64,000 nucleotides of DNA from positions 6,038 to 70,037 of the IMG/VR virus record IMGVR_UViG_3300046808_000337; one strand, written 5' to 3'. This DNA is from a virus. The notes beneath the pieces are model-generated. The model had not been told where the DNA came from. It ran no database searches and saw only the letters and a list, made by a program, of their open reading frames with translations. Position 1 is the first letter of the stretch. Each line of letters opens with the position of its first letter. Positions 1 through 10,351 of the stretch are shown in pieces. Position numbers and translations under genes: made by a program.

Positions 1-532
1 CCTGGCCTATGTTTTGTGCCGCACCCATTAAGTTTTCTCTCCATGCGTTTTCCATACGCTCTCTTGCAGCGGATTCCTCGTACCAATTTTGTTGTTGGTC
101 AGCAATTACCTTTTCCTGGTATCCGGCCATGGCTCCATATGCCCCAGCTAGGTCTTGTTGGCGTTCAGTGTAGTTTTCAGACGCCTGCAAACCTAAATTT
201 TGCTGCAATTCCATGCCTCTCTGACCAAGACCTTGTATTATCCCGGCAGCATCCTGCGCGTTACCAACTCGGCTCATTTGACCCAATGCTTTAGATTGCT
301 CTAAGTCAATCATGTTCTGCATCAGTTGTTGACCCGGCATAGTTCTCGACACCGCCATGTTTTCGTAAAGAGCAAGAGCTTTCTTTGCCTCTTCGGGTAT
401 TTGATAGTTAACCCTTGGGCCAAGATTTCTTGCCATCTCTTCCGACTTCCTTTTTTGCCCAATAGCTGTCAACCCCTGAACAACGGTGGGAAGAGCAGCT
501 GCGGCAAGCGGTATCAATAATGGAGCTGGCAT
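1..532 (-). CDS. Putative internal virion/ejection protein, partial (runs off window start; not in ORF track)
   Basis: ATG at 532 with an open frame to the edge: MPAPLLIPLAAAALPTVVQGLTAIGQKRK... Hydrophobic Ala/Gly N-terminus, then Q/A-rich helical region; follows the tail stabiliser as podovirus ejection genes do. Confidence 0.65.
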   Translation of the reverse strand, partial: MPAPLLIPLAAAALPTVVQGLTAIGQKRKSEEMARNLGPRVNYQIPEEAKKALALYENMAVSRTMPGQQLMQNMIDLEQSKALGQMSRVGNAQDAAGIIQGLGQRGMELQQNLGLQASENYTERQQDLAGAYGAMAGYQEKVIADQQQNWYEESAARERMENAWRENLMGAAQNIGQ

Positions 533-557
533 ATTTATTTTTTTTAAAACAACAAAT

Positions 558-3500
558 TTATGATAAAACACCCTTAATTCCAACTGAGAAAAGAATGGAC
601 GATTGGTTTGCCAGTGACGGGTCAAAGTAAAGATTGTGAGTCAAGGCGTTTGCCCTCATGTCCTCACCATTTACCATTGCCCTGTCGCTATTGTACCAAT
701 ACCCATTTACACCAAAACTACCTGGTTCTTGGTCAGCAAGTACTATTAAGGTGTTGTCATCTGGGATGCTATAAGTTGCCGATATAACTTCCCCTGAAAA
801 TATAGTTCCGTCGTCCTGTATAATGGTTATGTTTTGAGCCAGCAAATCCTGCTGATCCCCAAGAACAAGCCATCCATTTACAGTCAAACCATTTGGCGGA
901 TCGTAGTTACTTACGGTTGAAGTGCCGGTGTTAAAGAACCTGGGGTCATACAGATTCTTTCTGTAATAAGTCTTGCCATATCCCTCGTAAATGTTTACGA
1001 TGTTGGTTGGCATCGTTGTTTTCATTCCAAGCGGATAACTTCTGTTGGGCTCTGAATAAGCCTCAATTGAGAACGTGTCATCAGAAACAAGAGCTATGTC
1101 TTGATACCTTTTGACCCTCAAAGGTTCTTCGTTGGAAACAAACGATATTTTTTGAATAAAGTTTTCTCCGTGAAAATTCCAGTTGCCATACTGATTGTGG
1201 AGATACATCTGGTTGTTCCTATCCCAGCCAACCAGGGTCTGGCCTAGGCTGCAAAACTGCTGGAAATTGTAATCGTATGTAGACCTCCATCGCATATTTA
1301 CGTAGTCAAACACAACGTGGTCGTATGTGAAACCGCTAGTAGTGTAGTAATATGCCGGAACCAGATACTCAGAAGCAGATGGGCCGGAGTCGTTTATCTG
1401 AATGGTTGTATAGTTAAGCCCTTCGTCCCAAATGGCCTGTGTAACAGTCCCTGTATAAACGACTCCATTCTCGTGAACGACAACTATTTCTAAACCAAAT
1501 AAATTTTCAGCATCTACGCCAACAACTACCCAAACATCGTCAGTCAAGGACGGTGGGTTAAATCCTCCCAGCATTTCTCCGGTTAGTTGGTCTCCAAACC
1601 TAAACGCAAAACCAACCTCCCCAACTGTTTCATTCACATAAGTTCTAACTACCGGTCTGTTTGTCGAATTGTATGAAGCGGCAAGCTGTTTTGTTTTTGT
1701 TCTAAACTTGTAATCCTTTCCTGAACCAGGATCCACCTCACTTACAACTATTTGCCCGTTAGCACCAGAATATATAAATACTCCGGCCTTGTTGTCAAAG
1801 TACATAGTTGTGCCATCAGGCAGTATTGCATTTGCTCCAGTGTCTGAACAACCAAACAATGTCTTGTAGTCAAACCAAGAAGCAAATGTTCTGTTAGATA
1901 CGCGCACTGTTGAGTCAGATCCTACTTCGTTAGGGTAGAATTGGATGTAGATAGAGTTCTCCTTCCTTGGCTGAAGACACTTGAGAGTTTTACCCTCGCG
2001 ACCAGACATGTACGTTCTAGTCACAGGACCGAACAGTGCGTTCATGTCCTCGATGTTGTCGTTCAACAAAGAGAAAGAAGACAAGCCATTTACCTGTGTC
2101 CCTACAATAAATGAGTCTGAGTGAATAGACGTCGCCTGACGGTGATTCATCTTAGCGTTTGGATCCTCAATCCTTGTTCTTCCTGTCTCGTGTATATTGC
2201 TTGACCAGTAGTCTGAGTAGTTTGGATCTTCAACAAAATAATAAGCCTGAGCCGATCCACCGGCCATACCTGTCTGATAGTTTCTTTGTCTTACATACAC
2301 GTCCCCGTAGCCTAAAGCAAAAGTAGCAGGCCTAGATGAAAGTAAATCATTTGAAATTTGATACTCGTTCGTTTCGGCATCAAATGGGGCACTATCTATT
2401 GTGATATAAGCCATGCTAGACGTGGCCGAAAACGCAAAGATAAGATTGGTCTGATTTTGGGTTTGATCGTAAGCTGCAAGAGTAACTGACGAACTAATTG
2501 AGGTAGTAGTACCGTCTAAATTGTATATTGTTATAGAATAAAAATTACCCTCCAAAAACGTGTAGTCTCCGTTCATAGCAAACCTATACGGTCCGTCGCC
2601 GAATATATACACGTAATATAGAGGCGGAGCTCCGTGCGCCCTGTCTTCTGTGTGTGGGTTTCTTATGTCTATAGCCTCAGTTACATCTTTCCAAGTCGAT
2701 ACAAATAAACTGCCTGTATCATCTACCGAAGGTGTTGGCGTGTATATTTCTATCAGTTGACCAAACAACTGTCCTTCAACCAAGTCTAATCCAGCCTGCG
2801 TCTCTATAAGACTTGTGTCAAATATATTTGTGTAAATTATTTGGCGTTGCTGTTCACCTCCCACCGGATCGTATCCTACAACATCTAGTTCAAGATAAGG
2901 CAAATAGGCAACCTGGTCGGCAGTTGTTGCCGGTCCATCCAGCCTTCTTCTTATGAATCTTATCTTGTCTCCAACTTTAATCTCATGGGCTATTGAAGCT
3001 CCAACGTTTTGATTTACATAGTACTTATCTATGTTTATTATGTATCTATTGTTCGTTACCGTGTCCAGATATATTGAAGAAACATAACCACTTCCCCCAA
3101 CATTATTAATCAGACTAATGTCATTTGCGTTGGTTGTGTACTGTCCAAAACTAGAAATTTCAGTTGCCGGTTTTGCTACTATCCAATACCTATCAGCCCA
3201 TACCGGAGGTATGTGATCTATAGTAAATCTTGCATTTACCGTGAACGGATTGTCGGCATTGCTAAGTCCAGTCCTGTCCAAATCATAAAACCAGGGAACA
3301 AATAGGTTCATGGAATCTACCGTGTAAACAGTGCTGTCCCTATACGCCCTGTCTCCGTATACAATACCAAACTCATGTGTAGCCCCAACTTTCAGAGATG
3401 GAGCAGAAAGCGTTTGTCTGTATGATCTTACCCTTGGATTAACAATCGGATCTGGATTAGGACCCGCCGTAAAGCTGTATATAACAGCGTTACCCGATGG

Positions 3501-4901
3501 AGCCGCCGAACCGGGAGCGTATCCTAATTGAGACATGAAAGAGTTACATATGATATCCATTATCGCTACGTTCCAATCCATTGGAGTAGCCCCCGCCGCT
3601 AATGCCGCGTCGATATCCGCTTGAGTTATTTGATAAACAAATTGACCAATTGAAGCACTACTTGGTGCCGGACCTTGAAGCACCAAGCCGGCAGAAAACG
3701 GAAACACATCGTTTGCGTTAAAATCATCAGTGTCTGTTGCTATTGATGAGGACGCAAGGCTATATGTAATGTCAAGATCAATTGCCGCAAATGGGTTCCA
3801 GTTTATTTCGTTTAATTGATAGCCAACCCCAACGTCAAGGATAAAAGGCTCCTCTGTGGGTTTGTCGTACCCCTCTCTGAAGTTAGTGTACACTATCTGG
3901 CTTGTGGGGAGGTACTCTTGACAGCTTGCGGTTATAGGTAGTCGATCGTAGTTCTTAAACACATCTATAGCCGGAGTCGTGGCAACCCCTCCGTAAAATT
4001 GAACAGTCCAAATGGTATTGTTTGGTATTACGTCCTGGTCCTTGTCCAACTGAAGAAATACACCAAACGGAGGTTCTACGCCAAACAAGTCCTTGTCAAA
4101 CTGTTGTACAGCAATGTTGAACTTTCTTATTATGCTAGGACCTGTTTCAAACTGTATATTGATTCCGTTACTATTGTTTGGATAAACCCAATTGGTTCCG
4201 GGTATCAACTCAGACTGCTGAGGCAACTCTAAATTAGAATACATCGACCAAACGCCAACCTCTCCATTCTCGTAAATAGGCTGAATAATAAACTTGAACA
4301 GTTTATTGCGGAGTTTGTTGTCTTGTCTTGTGGGGTCTGTAAAATAAGATACGCGAGGCGGGTCCATAGGCCACTTTATCGCGTCAATTGTTTGAAGCGT
4401 AATACCACCCGTGTAAAAGTTATCAAGAACCTTTTGTATGTTTATCTGATATGGCGGATTGAACAAACGTGTTCCATCAGCCTCATACATCTGAGGGTCC
4501 CAGCGTCCATCAGTCCACTTCAAGATATCATCAATTACGTTTGCGTGGTAGATAGGAAATTCTCGGCTGAAATTAAGTGCTGGAGCTGCAACTAAAAGAT
4601 TATGTGTTTGTGTATCAATATAGTACAACCATATCTCATGCAGTCCGGTGGCTTTAAAAACAAAGTATACGATTGCATTTTGCTTTTGCCAAACGGTTGC
4701 CCCAATTATTTGGTCTTGAATTGAAATAAATGGATTAGGGATCAATAACGTCCCATCAGAAGTTTCTACAGCGTATGCGTTGCCAGAGTTGTAACCAAGG
4801 CGACAATAAGAGAAATCTCTATAATCTCCTTTAGGTACACCCTGTGGCGTATCGTCGGTGTTTATACCGCCGGCAAAAACTATGACTTCGTTAAACTCCA
4901 T
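558..4901 (-). CDS. Tail stabilisation/nozzle protein (crAss-like muzzle, P22 gp10 analogue)
   Basis: 1447 aa beta-rich; N-terminal GGINTDD..P..V..GDYRD and ILKWTDG..NPPYQINI motifs; lies downstream of ring proteins. Confidence 0.75.
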   Translation of the reverse strand: MEFNEVIVFAGGINTDDTPQGVPKGDYRDFSYCRLGYNSGNAYAVETSDGTLLIPNPFISIQDQIIGATVWQKQNAIVYFVFKATGLHEIWLYYIDTQTHNLLVAAPALNFSREFPIYHANVIDDILKWTDGRWDPQMYEADGTRLFNPPYQINIQKVLDNFYTGGITLQTIDAIKWPMDPPRVSYFTDPTRQDNKLRNKLFKFIIQPIYENGEVGVWSMYSNLELPQQSELIPGTNWVYPNNSNGINIQFETGPSIIRKFNIAVQQFDKDLFGVEPPFGVFLQLDKDQDVIPNNTIWTVQFYGGVATTPAIDVFKNYDRLPITASCQEYLPTSQIVYTNFREGYDKPTEEPFILDVGVGYQLNEINWNPFAAIDLDITYSLASSSIATDTDDFNANDVFPFSAGLVLQGPAPSSASIGQFVYQITQADIDAALAAGATPMDWNVAIMDIICNSFMSQLGYAPGSAAPSGNAVIYSFTAGPNPDPIVNPRVRSYRQTLSAPSLKVGATHEFGIVYGDRAYRDSTVYTVDSMNLFVPWFYDLDRTGLSNADNPFTVNARFTIDHIPPVWADRYWIVAKPATEISSFGQYTTNANDISLINNVGGSGYVSSIYLDTVTNNRYIINIDKYYVNQNVGASIAHEIKVGDKIRFIRRRLDGPATTADQVAYLPYLELDVVGYDPVGGEQQRQIIYTNIFDTSLIETQAGLDLVEGQLFGQLIEIYTPTPSVDDTGSLFVSTWKDVTEAIDIRNPHTEDRAHGAPPLYYVYIFGDGPYRFAMNGDYTFLEGNFYSITIYNLDGTTTSISSSVTLAAYDQTQNQTNLIFAFSATSSMAYITIDSAPFDAETNEYQISNDLLSSRPATFALGYGDVYVRQRNYQTGMAGGSAQAYYFVEDPNYSDYWSSNIHETGRTRIEDPNAKMNHRQATSIHSDSFIVGTQVNGLSSFSLLNDNIEDMNALFGPVTRTYMSGREGKTLKCLQPRKENSIYIQFYPNEVGSDSTVRVSNRTFASWFDYKTLFGCSDTGANAILPDGTTMYFDNKAGVFIYSGANGQIVVSEVDPGSGKDYKFRTKTKQLAASYNSTNRPVVRTYVNETVGEVGFAFRFGDQLTGEMLGGFNPPSLTDDVWVVVGVDAENLFGLEIVVVHENGVVYTGTVTQAIWDEGLNYTTIQINDSGPSASEYLVPAYYYTTSGFTYDHVVFDYVNMRWRSTYDYNFQQFCSLGQTLVGWDRNNQMYLHNQYGNWNFHGENFIQKISFVSNEEPLRVKRYQDIALVSDDTFSIEAYSEPNRSYPLGMKTTMPTNIVNIYEGYGKTYYRKNLYDPRFFNTGTSTVSNYDPPNGLTVNGWLVLGDQQDLLAQNITIIQDDGTIFSGEVISATYSIPDDNTLIVLADQEPGSFGVNGYWYNSDRAMVNGEDMRANALTHNLYFDPSLANQSSILFSVGIKGVLS

Positions 4902-5632
4902 TATCCTAAATTAAATTCTGAACTCTGTGAAAGTGCGTCAATCATTTCACTCAGTCGTGGCGCTTTTATCAAAAGGTTCGCACTCCACTGAGCTGCCTCA
5001 TATTGCATCTGCAATTCTTTGTATTTAGCCTTGTCTTCGCTATTTCCTTTGTGCAAGCAATACTCACTCATCAAGTACAAACGAAATGGCTCAGAATAAG
5101 CAACATCAATCATGGTGTTTTCGTTTACCTCCGATCCGTTTGAGAAGTATTCTATAATCAATTGACCATCAGGTATATTGTGACTGAAAATGATATTGTT
5201 ACCATCTATGCGGTAGTAGTTCTCATTGCGTCCACCACCAGCGGTGTAGTTTGGGTAGTTGTAAAAGTAACCAAAATAACCCGTTGGGAAAAACCCATCC
5301 AATACTACGTCGTCATTCTGATCGCTCTCGCATTGGAAGAACTCTTCTGGGTAAGTAAGCGAGGTGTCCGGTGTTAAAGTCCAAATGCGACGACCTGACT
5401 TCAATCCTATCTTGGAAATCCTCATACAGTCTCCTGGCATCGTGAACACCCGCGCCCCCGTATCTATCTTAGCGTATATTGTCTTTAGGCTCACATTCCC
5501 GTCGAGTGGAGCCTTCTCGCTCAAGTAATCAATAGCCACCTGAGTCATCCACGTAAGCTCACGACCGGCTGGGTTCTTACCTAAGCGGTACAAAGCTGAT
5601 GTGGCGATATATTTTATATTCTTAATGGTCAT
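4901..5632 (-). CDS. Tail ring/adaptor protein
   Basis: 243 aa; MPGDCMRISKIG and YYRIDGNNIIFS...IIEYFS motifs typical of crAss-like ring proteins; translationally coupled. Confidence 0.6.
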   Translation of the reverse strand: MTIKNIKYIATSALYRLGKNPAGRELTWMTQVAIDYLSEKAPLDGNVSLKTIYAKIDTGARVFTMPGDCMRISKIGLKSGRRIWTLTPDTSLTYPEEFFQCESDQNDDVVLDGFFPTGYFGYFYNYPNYTAGGGRNENYYRIDGNNIIFSHNIPDGQLIIEYFSNGSEVNENTMIDVAYSEPFRLYLMSEYCLHKGNSEDKAKYKELQMQYEAAQWSANLLIKAPRLSEMIDALSQSSEFNLG

Positions 5633-6228
5633 GATCTAGCCGCTGCGGTTTGTGCATCAATTGAGTCGTTGTTCAAATCGTCTTGGAACCCTTGGGTTGA
5701 CAAGACCTGCATACACATTTGAAAAAGCATCATTTCTCCCTTACCCGTCTCGTCACTTGGAATGATAAGAACATCGTCGTCATCCATCTGGTACACGTTA
5801 GGAACCATAGTAACCGTTACATTACCCTCTGGCTTTTTGTTGAAACGCAACTTATCTTTGAAAAGGATTGCAGCTGAGTTGTTTCCACCACGCAGTACGT
5901 TCAATGCGGTTGATTCCGCCTTGGTCTGTACCGAGTATGAATTAAACCCAGACGACTCGTCCTCCACACTAAAGATTGCCATCGTCCCAGCAATCGGCTG
6001 TGGACTGAGGGTCACATAATACCCATTGGCGTCAGTAGCCGGAGTAAACACGTATGGAACCGCCATGTCGCTTGCCTCATACGGATCGCGTGACACGGTG
6101 TCTGCAAGGGCTAAGTTGAGTACTCGAGAAATAATCGAACGAGGGTACAGACGGCGCAAGTCTTCAGGGGTGTCTCCCCCAGTCAATCTGTGCTGTATTA
6201 GTTCGATGGCTTGACGTTTTGTAATCAT
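5629..6228 (-). CDS. Tail ring/adaptor protein
   Basis: 199 aa; ATGA overlaps; synteny within the ring-protein cluster. Confidence 0.5.
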   Translation of the reverse strand: MITKRQAIELIQHRLTGGDTPEDLRRLYPRSIISRVLNLALADTVSRDPYEASDMAVPYVFTPATDANGYYVTLSPQPIAGTMAIFSVEDESSGFNSYSVQTKAESTALNVLRGGNNSAAILFKDKLRFNKKPEGNVTVTMVPNVYQMDDDDVLIIPSDETGKGEMMLFQMCMQVLSTQGFQDDLNNDSIDAQTAAARS

Positions 6229-6980
6229 ACTTTACTTGGCATTTGAGTCTGAATGTTCCATTGGTTTTCGTTACCAATACCGATGTAAGTCTTAATCAAA
6301 TCAGTTAGGTGGTCCACGCAGCTTTCAGGATATTCAAATTCAACGCTTGCACTTGGAGTGCCGATTGGAGCTGTAGTTGCATTTGTGTGAGTAGACCCCG
6401 GTGGTAAATATACAGGGATTCCGTTCTCAATTTGATAATCAAATACAGGCTGAATTGGCTCTCGTATGTAAGTAAAGGTTATCCGTGGCATATACGGATA
6501 AATGAAATACTTGTCATTTCGTGTAACAAGTATTGGATCGTTTTCTTGTGGGTTGTCTACCGGGCTTGTAATCGAATTACGCATCTTGGCGTCAAACTCG
6601 TGTTGGCTTACAAACTCTACGCTTCGGTAGTTTGTTTCGTATGAACACTCCTTATTCAATATCTCAAGGAAACTTGCCGTTGCCTGATACCAAATGTCGG
6701 CAGGAATGTTTGCGTATCCGCCACGTTCTGGTCGTCCTGCTAAAACAGGAGTGAACGACATTGCTGGGTACTGAGGTGAACCTAAGGTCTTGATAAATGT
6801 CTGAAGGTCACTAGTAATCTCTCGGCTATTTTCAAAGTTGTCTACGAGCGTGTTCAAGTAACGCTGGTTTACAATCTTAATCGCACGATTGAAGTCATCG
6901 GGCGTGATGTAGCCGCCCCTCAGATCCTTTCCGGCTCTGAAGAGAAGCTCATCATATATTTGACCGAGGTTAGTAGTCAT
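6225..6980 (-). CDS. Tail tubular/ring protein (P22 gp4-like)
   Basis: 251 aa; GYITPDDFN, IYP..ITFTYIREP and EFEYPES motifs. Confidence 0.65.
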   Translation of the reverse strand: MTTNLGQIYDELLFRAGKDLRGGYITPDDFNRAIKIVNQRYLNTLVDNFENSREITSDLQTFIKTLGSPQYPAMSFTPVLAGRPERGGYANIPADIWYQATASFLEILNKECSYETNYRSVEFVSQHEFDAKMRNSITSPVDNPQENDPILVTRNDKYFIYPYMPRITFTYIREPIQPVFDYQIENGIPVYLPPGSTHTNATTAPIGTPSASVEFEYPESCVDHLTDLIKTYIGIGNENQWNIQTQMPSKV

Positions 6981-9349
6981 TATGGGTAGATTTCAATTTT
7001 GATTCTAGCGTTTGAAATCAAATCGGCAAGTGTACCTGTCAAATTATAATTTGATACATCTATACTATTAGAATATATTGCAGCGCTAAATGTAGATCCT
7101 AAAACAGGAGTTATAAAGATTGCAGCATTAGCAAATACGCTTGATGATGCTGATATTAGATATTGACCAGTGGTTGCGTAGTCAAGAGTTATTGTAGCTC
7201 CAGTATTATTGAATATCTGTGTTAGCGAAGCAGTTGGGCCATTACCTGTTACCCTTCCTACATAAACCAAAGGACCACTTGAACTTGTAGTCTGAACCAC
7301 ATTACCCGAAGCGTCAACGCCAAGCAGGTATGCTGGGGCCGGATCTTCAAAGGTTGTGCTGTTGTAGCCGTTAAGAGTAACAGACTTGTCCGCATTGACG
7401 GTGAGTCCAATATCTAATAAACCTCCTTCGGTAATTGCAATTTGAAAGTCTGAATCCTGTGCAGCGGCGTCTGTCCAACGACTTCTGATGACCGCTGTTC
7501 GGTTTACTGCTCCAGCTGTGGTTTCAGCTTGGAACTCTATTGAGCTTCCTATTCCGTTAGCTCCCGAACCGCCATCAACTGACGTTTGCAAAACTAAGTT
7601 TTGACCAACGCTTGGGAACGCTCCGTCCACTAATAAAACCAATGGATTTGTGGCGTCAACAATCGAAAGTGAGTTTCCGTCTACGTCAATCGTAGTAGCC
7701 GCGTCAAGAGTACCTCCAAGTCGGAAGTCATCCCCAACCCTCGTCAAACCATTTATGCCGTCAAGGGCAGTCACGGTATTTTGAAGATCGGTTATATCGG
7801 CATTAAACTGAGCGTTCGCTAACAACTGAGCGGCAAACTGAGTGTTTGCTTGGCCTAGCTGATCCTGCACGTTGTCAGACGACAGATACGGGAGGTTAGG
7901 TGTAGCCGGAACATCTAAAGCAATAGGCAATACGCCTGGAGCATAATACTCTACCCATACGGCTTCAGAAGCCGTGTTTTCAGTACAACGATATATTATT
8001 CCCGTGTCCGTATTTTGCCACAACGCACCAACCTCAACACCTTGAGTTTCGTCATCATCAACCGTAGGAGAACCCGGGCCAGCAGGGGTGAGCGAAAACA
8101 AACGAAATTGGAACGATCGAATAAGGCTTTCTATTACAGATTCTCCAGAGTTGTTTGAAACCCAGTAGTAGGTGTTTTCATCACAACAAGCACACTCGCA
8201 TCCCGAAGAGTCGAGGTTCTGCTTAATTAATTCAAGTGTGGCTCTGTAGTTAGCTGTATCTCCGCAAGCCCTGTAGTTCTGAGCCTCCGCATAATACAGA
8301 AGCACATTGTCTACAAACACTTGATACTTTGAAATTCGATTGCGCTGGAGTTCAACTGCGTGAGCTGCGCGAAGATTCTCAATACAAGGAGTGAGACCGC
8401 AAAGGCTACCGGCACAGCTTACTTGAAACTCTTTAACTACAGACTTAGTGTAAAGCACAACCAAGCCGCTTGTTTGAGTTTGCTGTATCTGCTGCGTAAG
8501 CGAAACACTATAAGTTCCAGTTGCAAGTGGAGTTTCTGTTCCAGCAGGCGGGTAAGGAAGTGAGTTGGTAACTATGTTCCCAGGAAACGTAGGACTAAGT
8601 GTGGTCCAAGATGGGTAATTAATCGAACAACTTAAACTTGCAACAACTTCGTTTGAGGCAAGTGGTGTTGTGTTAGCTACACCCCAAGTTCCGCTGTCTC
8701 CATACTCGCAATCGTAAGTAAAGCTAACATCTGCGTTTACCTGTGTACATCCAGAATATGTGTATACTCCGTTAAACTGTACGTTCTGTAAGTCAAACAG
8801 AATGATTTCGGCAACAGGAATAGTATAATCTGAAACGGTTATCTCCGCGTCTGCGTCTACCTGTTCCAACGCCTCTACTGTAACATCCTCAAAGTCTACA
8901 CCCGGATCAGCTAGACGTATCACGTTTCCAACCTCCAGATATTGAGTTATCCATTGGTTAGAGGCCACGTTAATTAAGTCAGGCGGGGTGAGTGTAATCG
9001 CAACAGGAATAGTAAACGAGTTGACTCTGAGTCTATAAATAAACGTATAAACCCCGTTTGCCACATTTCCGTTTAGGTCTAGTGGTAGATCAAAGTAGGC
9101 GGTAGGAACCCCATCATCGACAAAATTCCAACCTTGAAGGTCGATAATGGGGCTGCTAATAGAATTGCCATCGACGATAATATCGCCGTTAAAGGTGACC
9201 TGCCCCAATCCTTTCAGTTCGTAAATTATTGGATCGAGACCCAATCCGATGTAGTCGGTAGAGTCAACGATAACGCCTCGTGGCTGTAACGCACCGGTGC
9301 CCGGGTTGGTGTACGTTAAGTCAAACGAAAAGGATATGGTGCTAATCAT
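6980..9349 (-). CDS. Virion structural protein (fibre/hub-like)
   Basis: 789 aa; Cys cluster (CAGSLCGLTPC, CECACC), coiled coil, then fibre-like NGLT..RLGGTL and LLGVDASGNVV modules shared with the 47979-52664 protein. Confidence 0.55.
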   Translation of the reverse strand: MISTISFSFDLTYTNPGTGALQPRGVIVDSTDYIGLGLDPIIYELKGLGQVTFNGDIIVDGNSISSPIIDLQGWNFVDDGVPTAYFDLPLDLNGNVANGVYTFIYRLRVNSFTIPVAITLTPPDLINVASNQWITQYLEVGNVIRLADPGVDFEDVTVEALEQVDADAEITVSDYTIPVAEIILFDLQNVQFNGVYTYSGCTQVNADVSFTYDCEYGDSGTWGVANTTPLASNEVVASLSCSINYPSWTTLSPTFPGNIVTNSLPYPPAGTETPLATGTYSVSLTQQIQQTQTSGLVVLYTKSVVKEFQVSCAGSLCGLTPCIENLRAAHAVELQRNRISKYQVFVDNVLLYYAEAQNYRACGDTANYRATLELIKQNLDSSGCECACCDENTYYWVSNNSGESVIESLIRSFQFRLFSLTPAGPGSPTVDDDETQGVEVGALWQNTDTGIIYRCTENTASEAVWVEYYAPGVLPIALDVPATPNLPYLSSDNVQDQLGQANTQFAAQLLANAQFNADITDLQNTVTALDGINGLTRVGDDFRLGGTLDAATTIDVDGNSLSIVDATNPLVLLVDGAFPSVGQNLVLQTSVDGGSGANGIGSSIEFQAETTAGAVNRTAVIRSRWTDAAAQDSDFQIAITEGGLLDIGLTVNADKSVTLNGYNSTTFEDPAPAYLLGVDASGNVVQTTSSSGPLVYVGRVTGNGPTASLTQIFNNTGATITLDYATTGQYLISASSSVFANAAIFITPVLGSTFSAAIYSNSIDVSNYNLTGTLADLISNARIKIEIYP

Positions 9350-9352
9350 CTT

Positions 9353-10282
9353 TTATATTTTTCTTAATTTGCCTAATAATTCTTCATTTACCTTGAGGTG
9401 GTCAATCAGAGCAAATGCAGCCTCGCTACCCGTCTGCGCTGATTCAAAAAATGGTGTCTTCAACCACTTTGTTCCATCGCCTCTACGGTCGCGAATATAC
9501 CACATTCCGTCTTCATTTTTGATAAAATTCTCATTCAAAAGACGGTTAACTAATTCATGGATAGACTCTCCCTCTGGAGCCTTAGACTCCTGAGGCTTAG
9601 ATGAGCCGATGATCTCGAACGCATTCTTTTTGAATGTTTCGCTTCCCTTCTTGATAGCGTCATGAAGTGCTACGCGGGTCTCCTCTTCAGTGAACAAAGG
9701 CTTCATACCCAAGCCTTCCATAGCTTTTAGGATGGTCTTGTAGTCAAGATTAAAGTAGATGAGGTCTTCAAGCTCACGTGCTGCCTTGGCTGCGTTGATC
9801 TTAGACTTAGCATCAACATCTTTTTTCTCATAAATAAACTTCTGCTTTCCAGACTTGTAAAGTGACTTGTTTCCGTCAATAACCGGACAGATGTATTGAA
9901 GGTAAAACAACAAGTCTTTTTGATGTGGCTGGACTGTAAATCCATCATTTATATTTAGGCGAGTGTTGCCATATCTGTAAACTCCACCAATGTTACTTGG
10001 TGCCGTGGTCGTGTAAAGCAGTGTGTACTCAGACTCGCCCTCCTTGTCGTAAAAATTACCCTTCGTTTTTACAGAAAAAGCTCCCGGAGACTGAACCATC
10101 AAAATTGGTTCAGCATCTGTGTTGTTAGTTGGAACCTTATAGGTCTTTATTTTGTATTGGTCTTTGATGCGCAAAACAACTGGCCTTTTTTCATTAAAGA
10201 AGTAAGGGAAGTCGTTTTTCATTTCCTGTTCTGCCCATTCCGGAACATCTACCGCTTGGTTGTTGCTTAAATCAAATAACAT
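9353..10282 (-). CDS. Conserved protein downstream of MCP
   Basis: 309 aa; occupies the position of the conserved post-capsid gene in crAss-like phages; function not inferable. Confidence 0.45.
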   Translation of the reverse strand: MLFDLSNNQAVDVPEWAEQEMKNDFPYFFNEKRPVVLRIKDQYKIKTYKVPTNNTDAEPILMVQSPGAFSVKTKGNFYDKEGESEYTLLYTTTAPSNIGGVYRYGNTRLNINDGFTVQPHQKDLLFYLQYICPVIDGNKSLYKSGKQKFIYEKKDVDAKSKINAAKAARELEDLIYFNLDYKTILKAMEGLGMKPLFTEEETRVALHDAIKKGSETFKKNAFEIIGSSKPQESKAPEGESIHELVNRLLNENFIKNEDGMWYIRDRRGDGTKWLKTPFFESAQTGSEAAFALIDHLKVNEELLGKLRKI

Positions 10283-10307
10283 ATCGTTTTATTTTTTTGT
10301 TTGTTAA

Positions 10308-10339
10308 AAATAGGGAGGGGTTTCCCCCTCCCCATTTTG
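10308..10339 (-). terminator. Intrinsic terminator after MCP
   Basis: GGGAGGGG/CCCCTCCC stem with T-run on the minus strand, just after the MCP stop. Confidence 0.8.
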
Positions 10340-10351
10340 AGTTTACTAAGA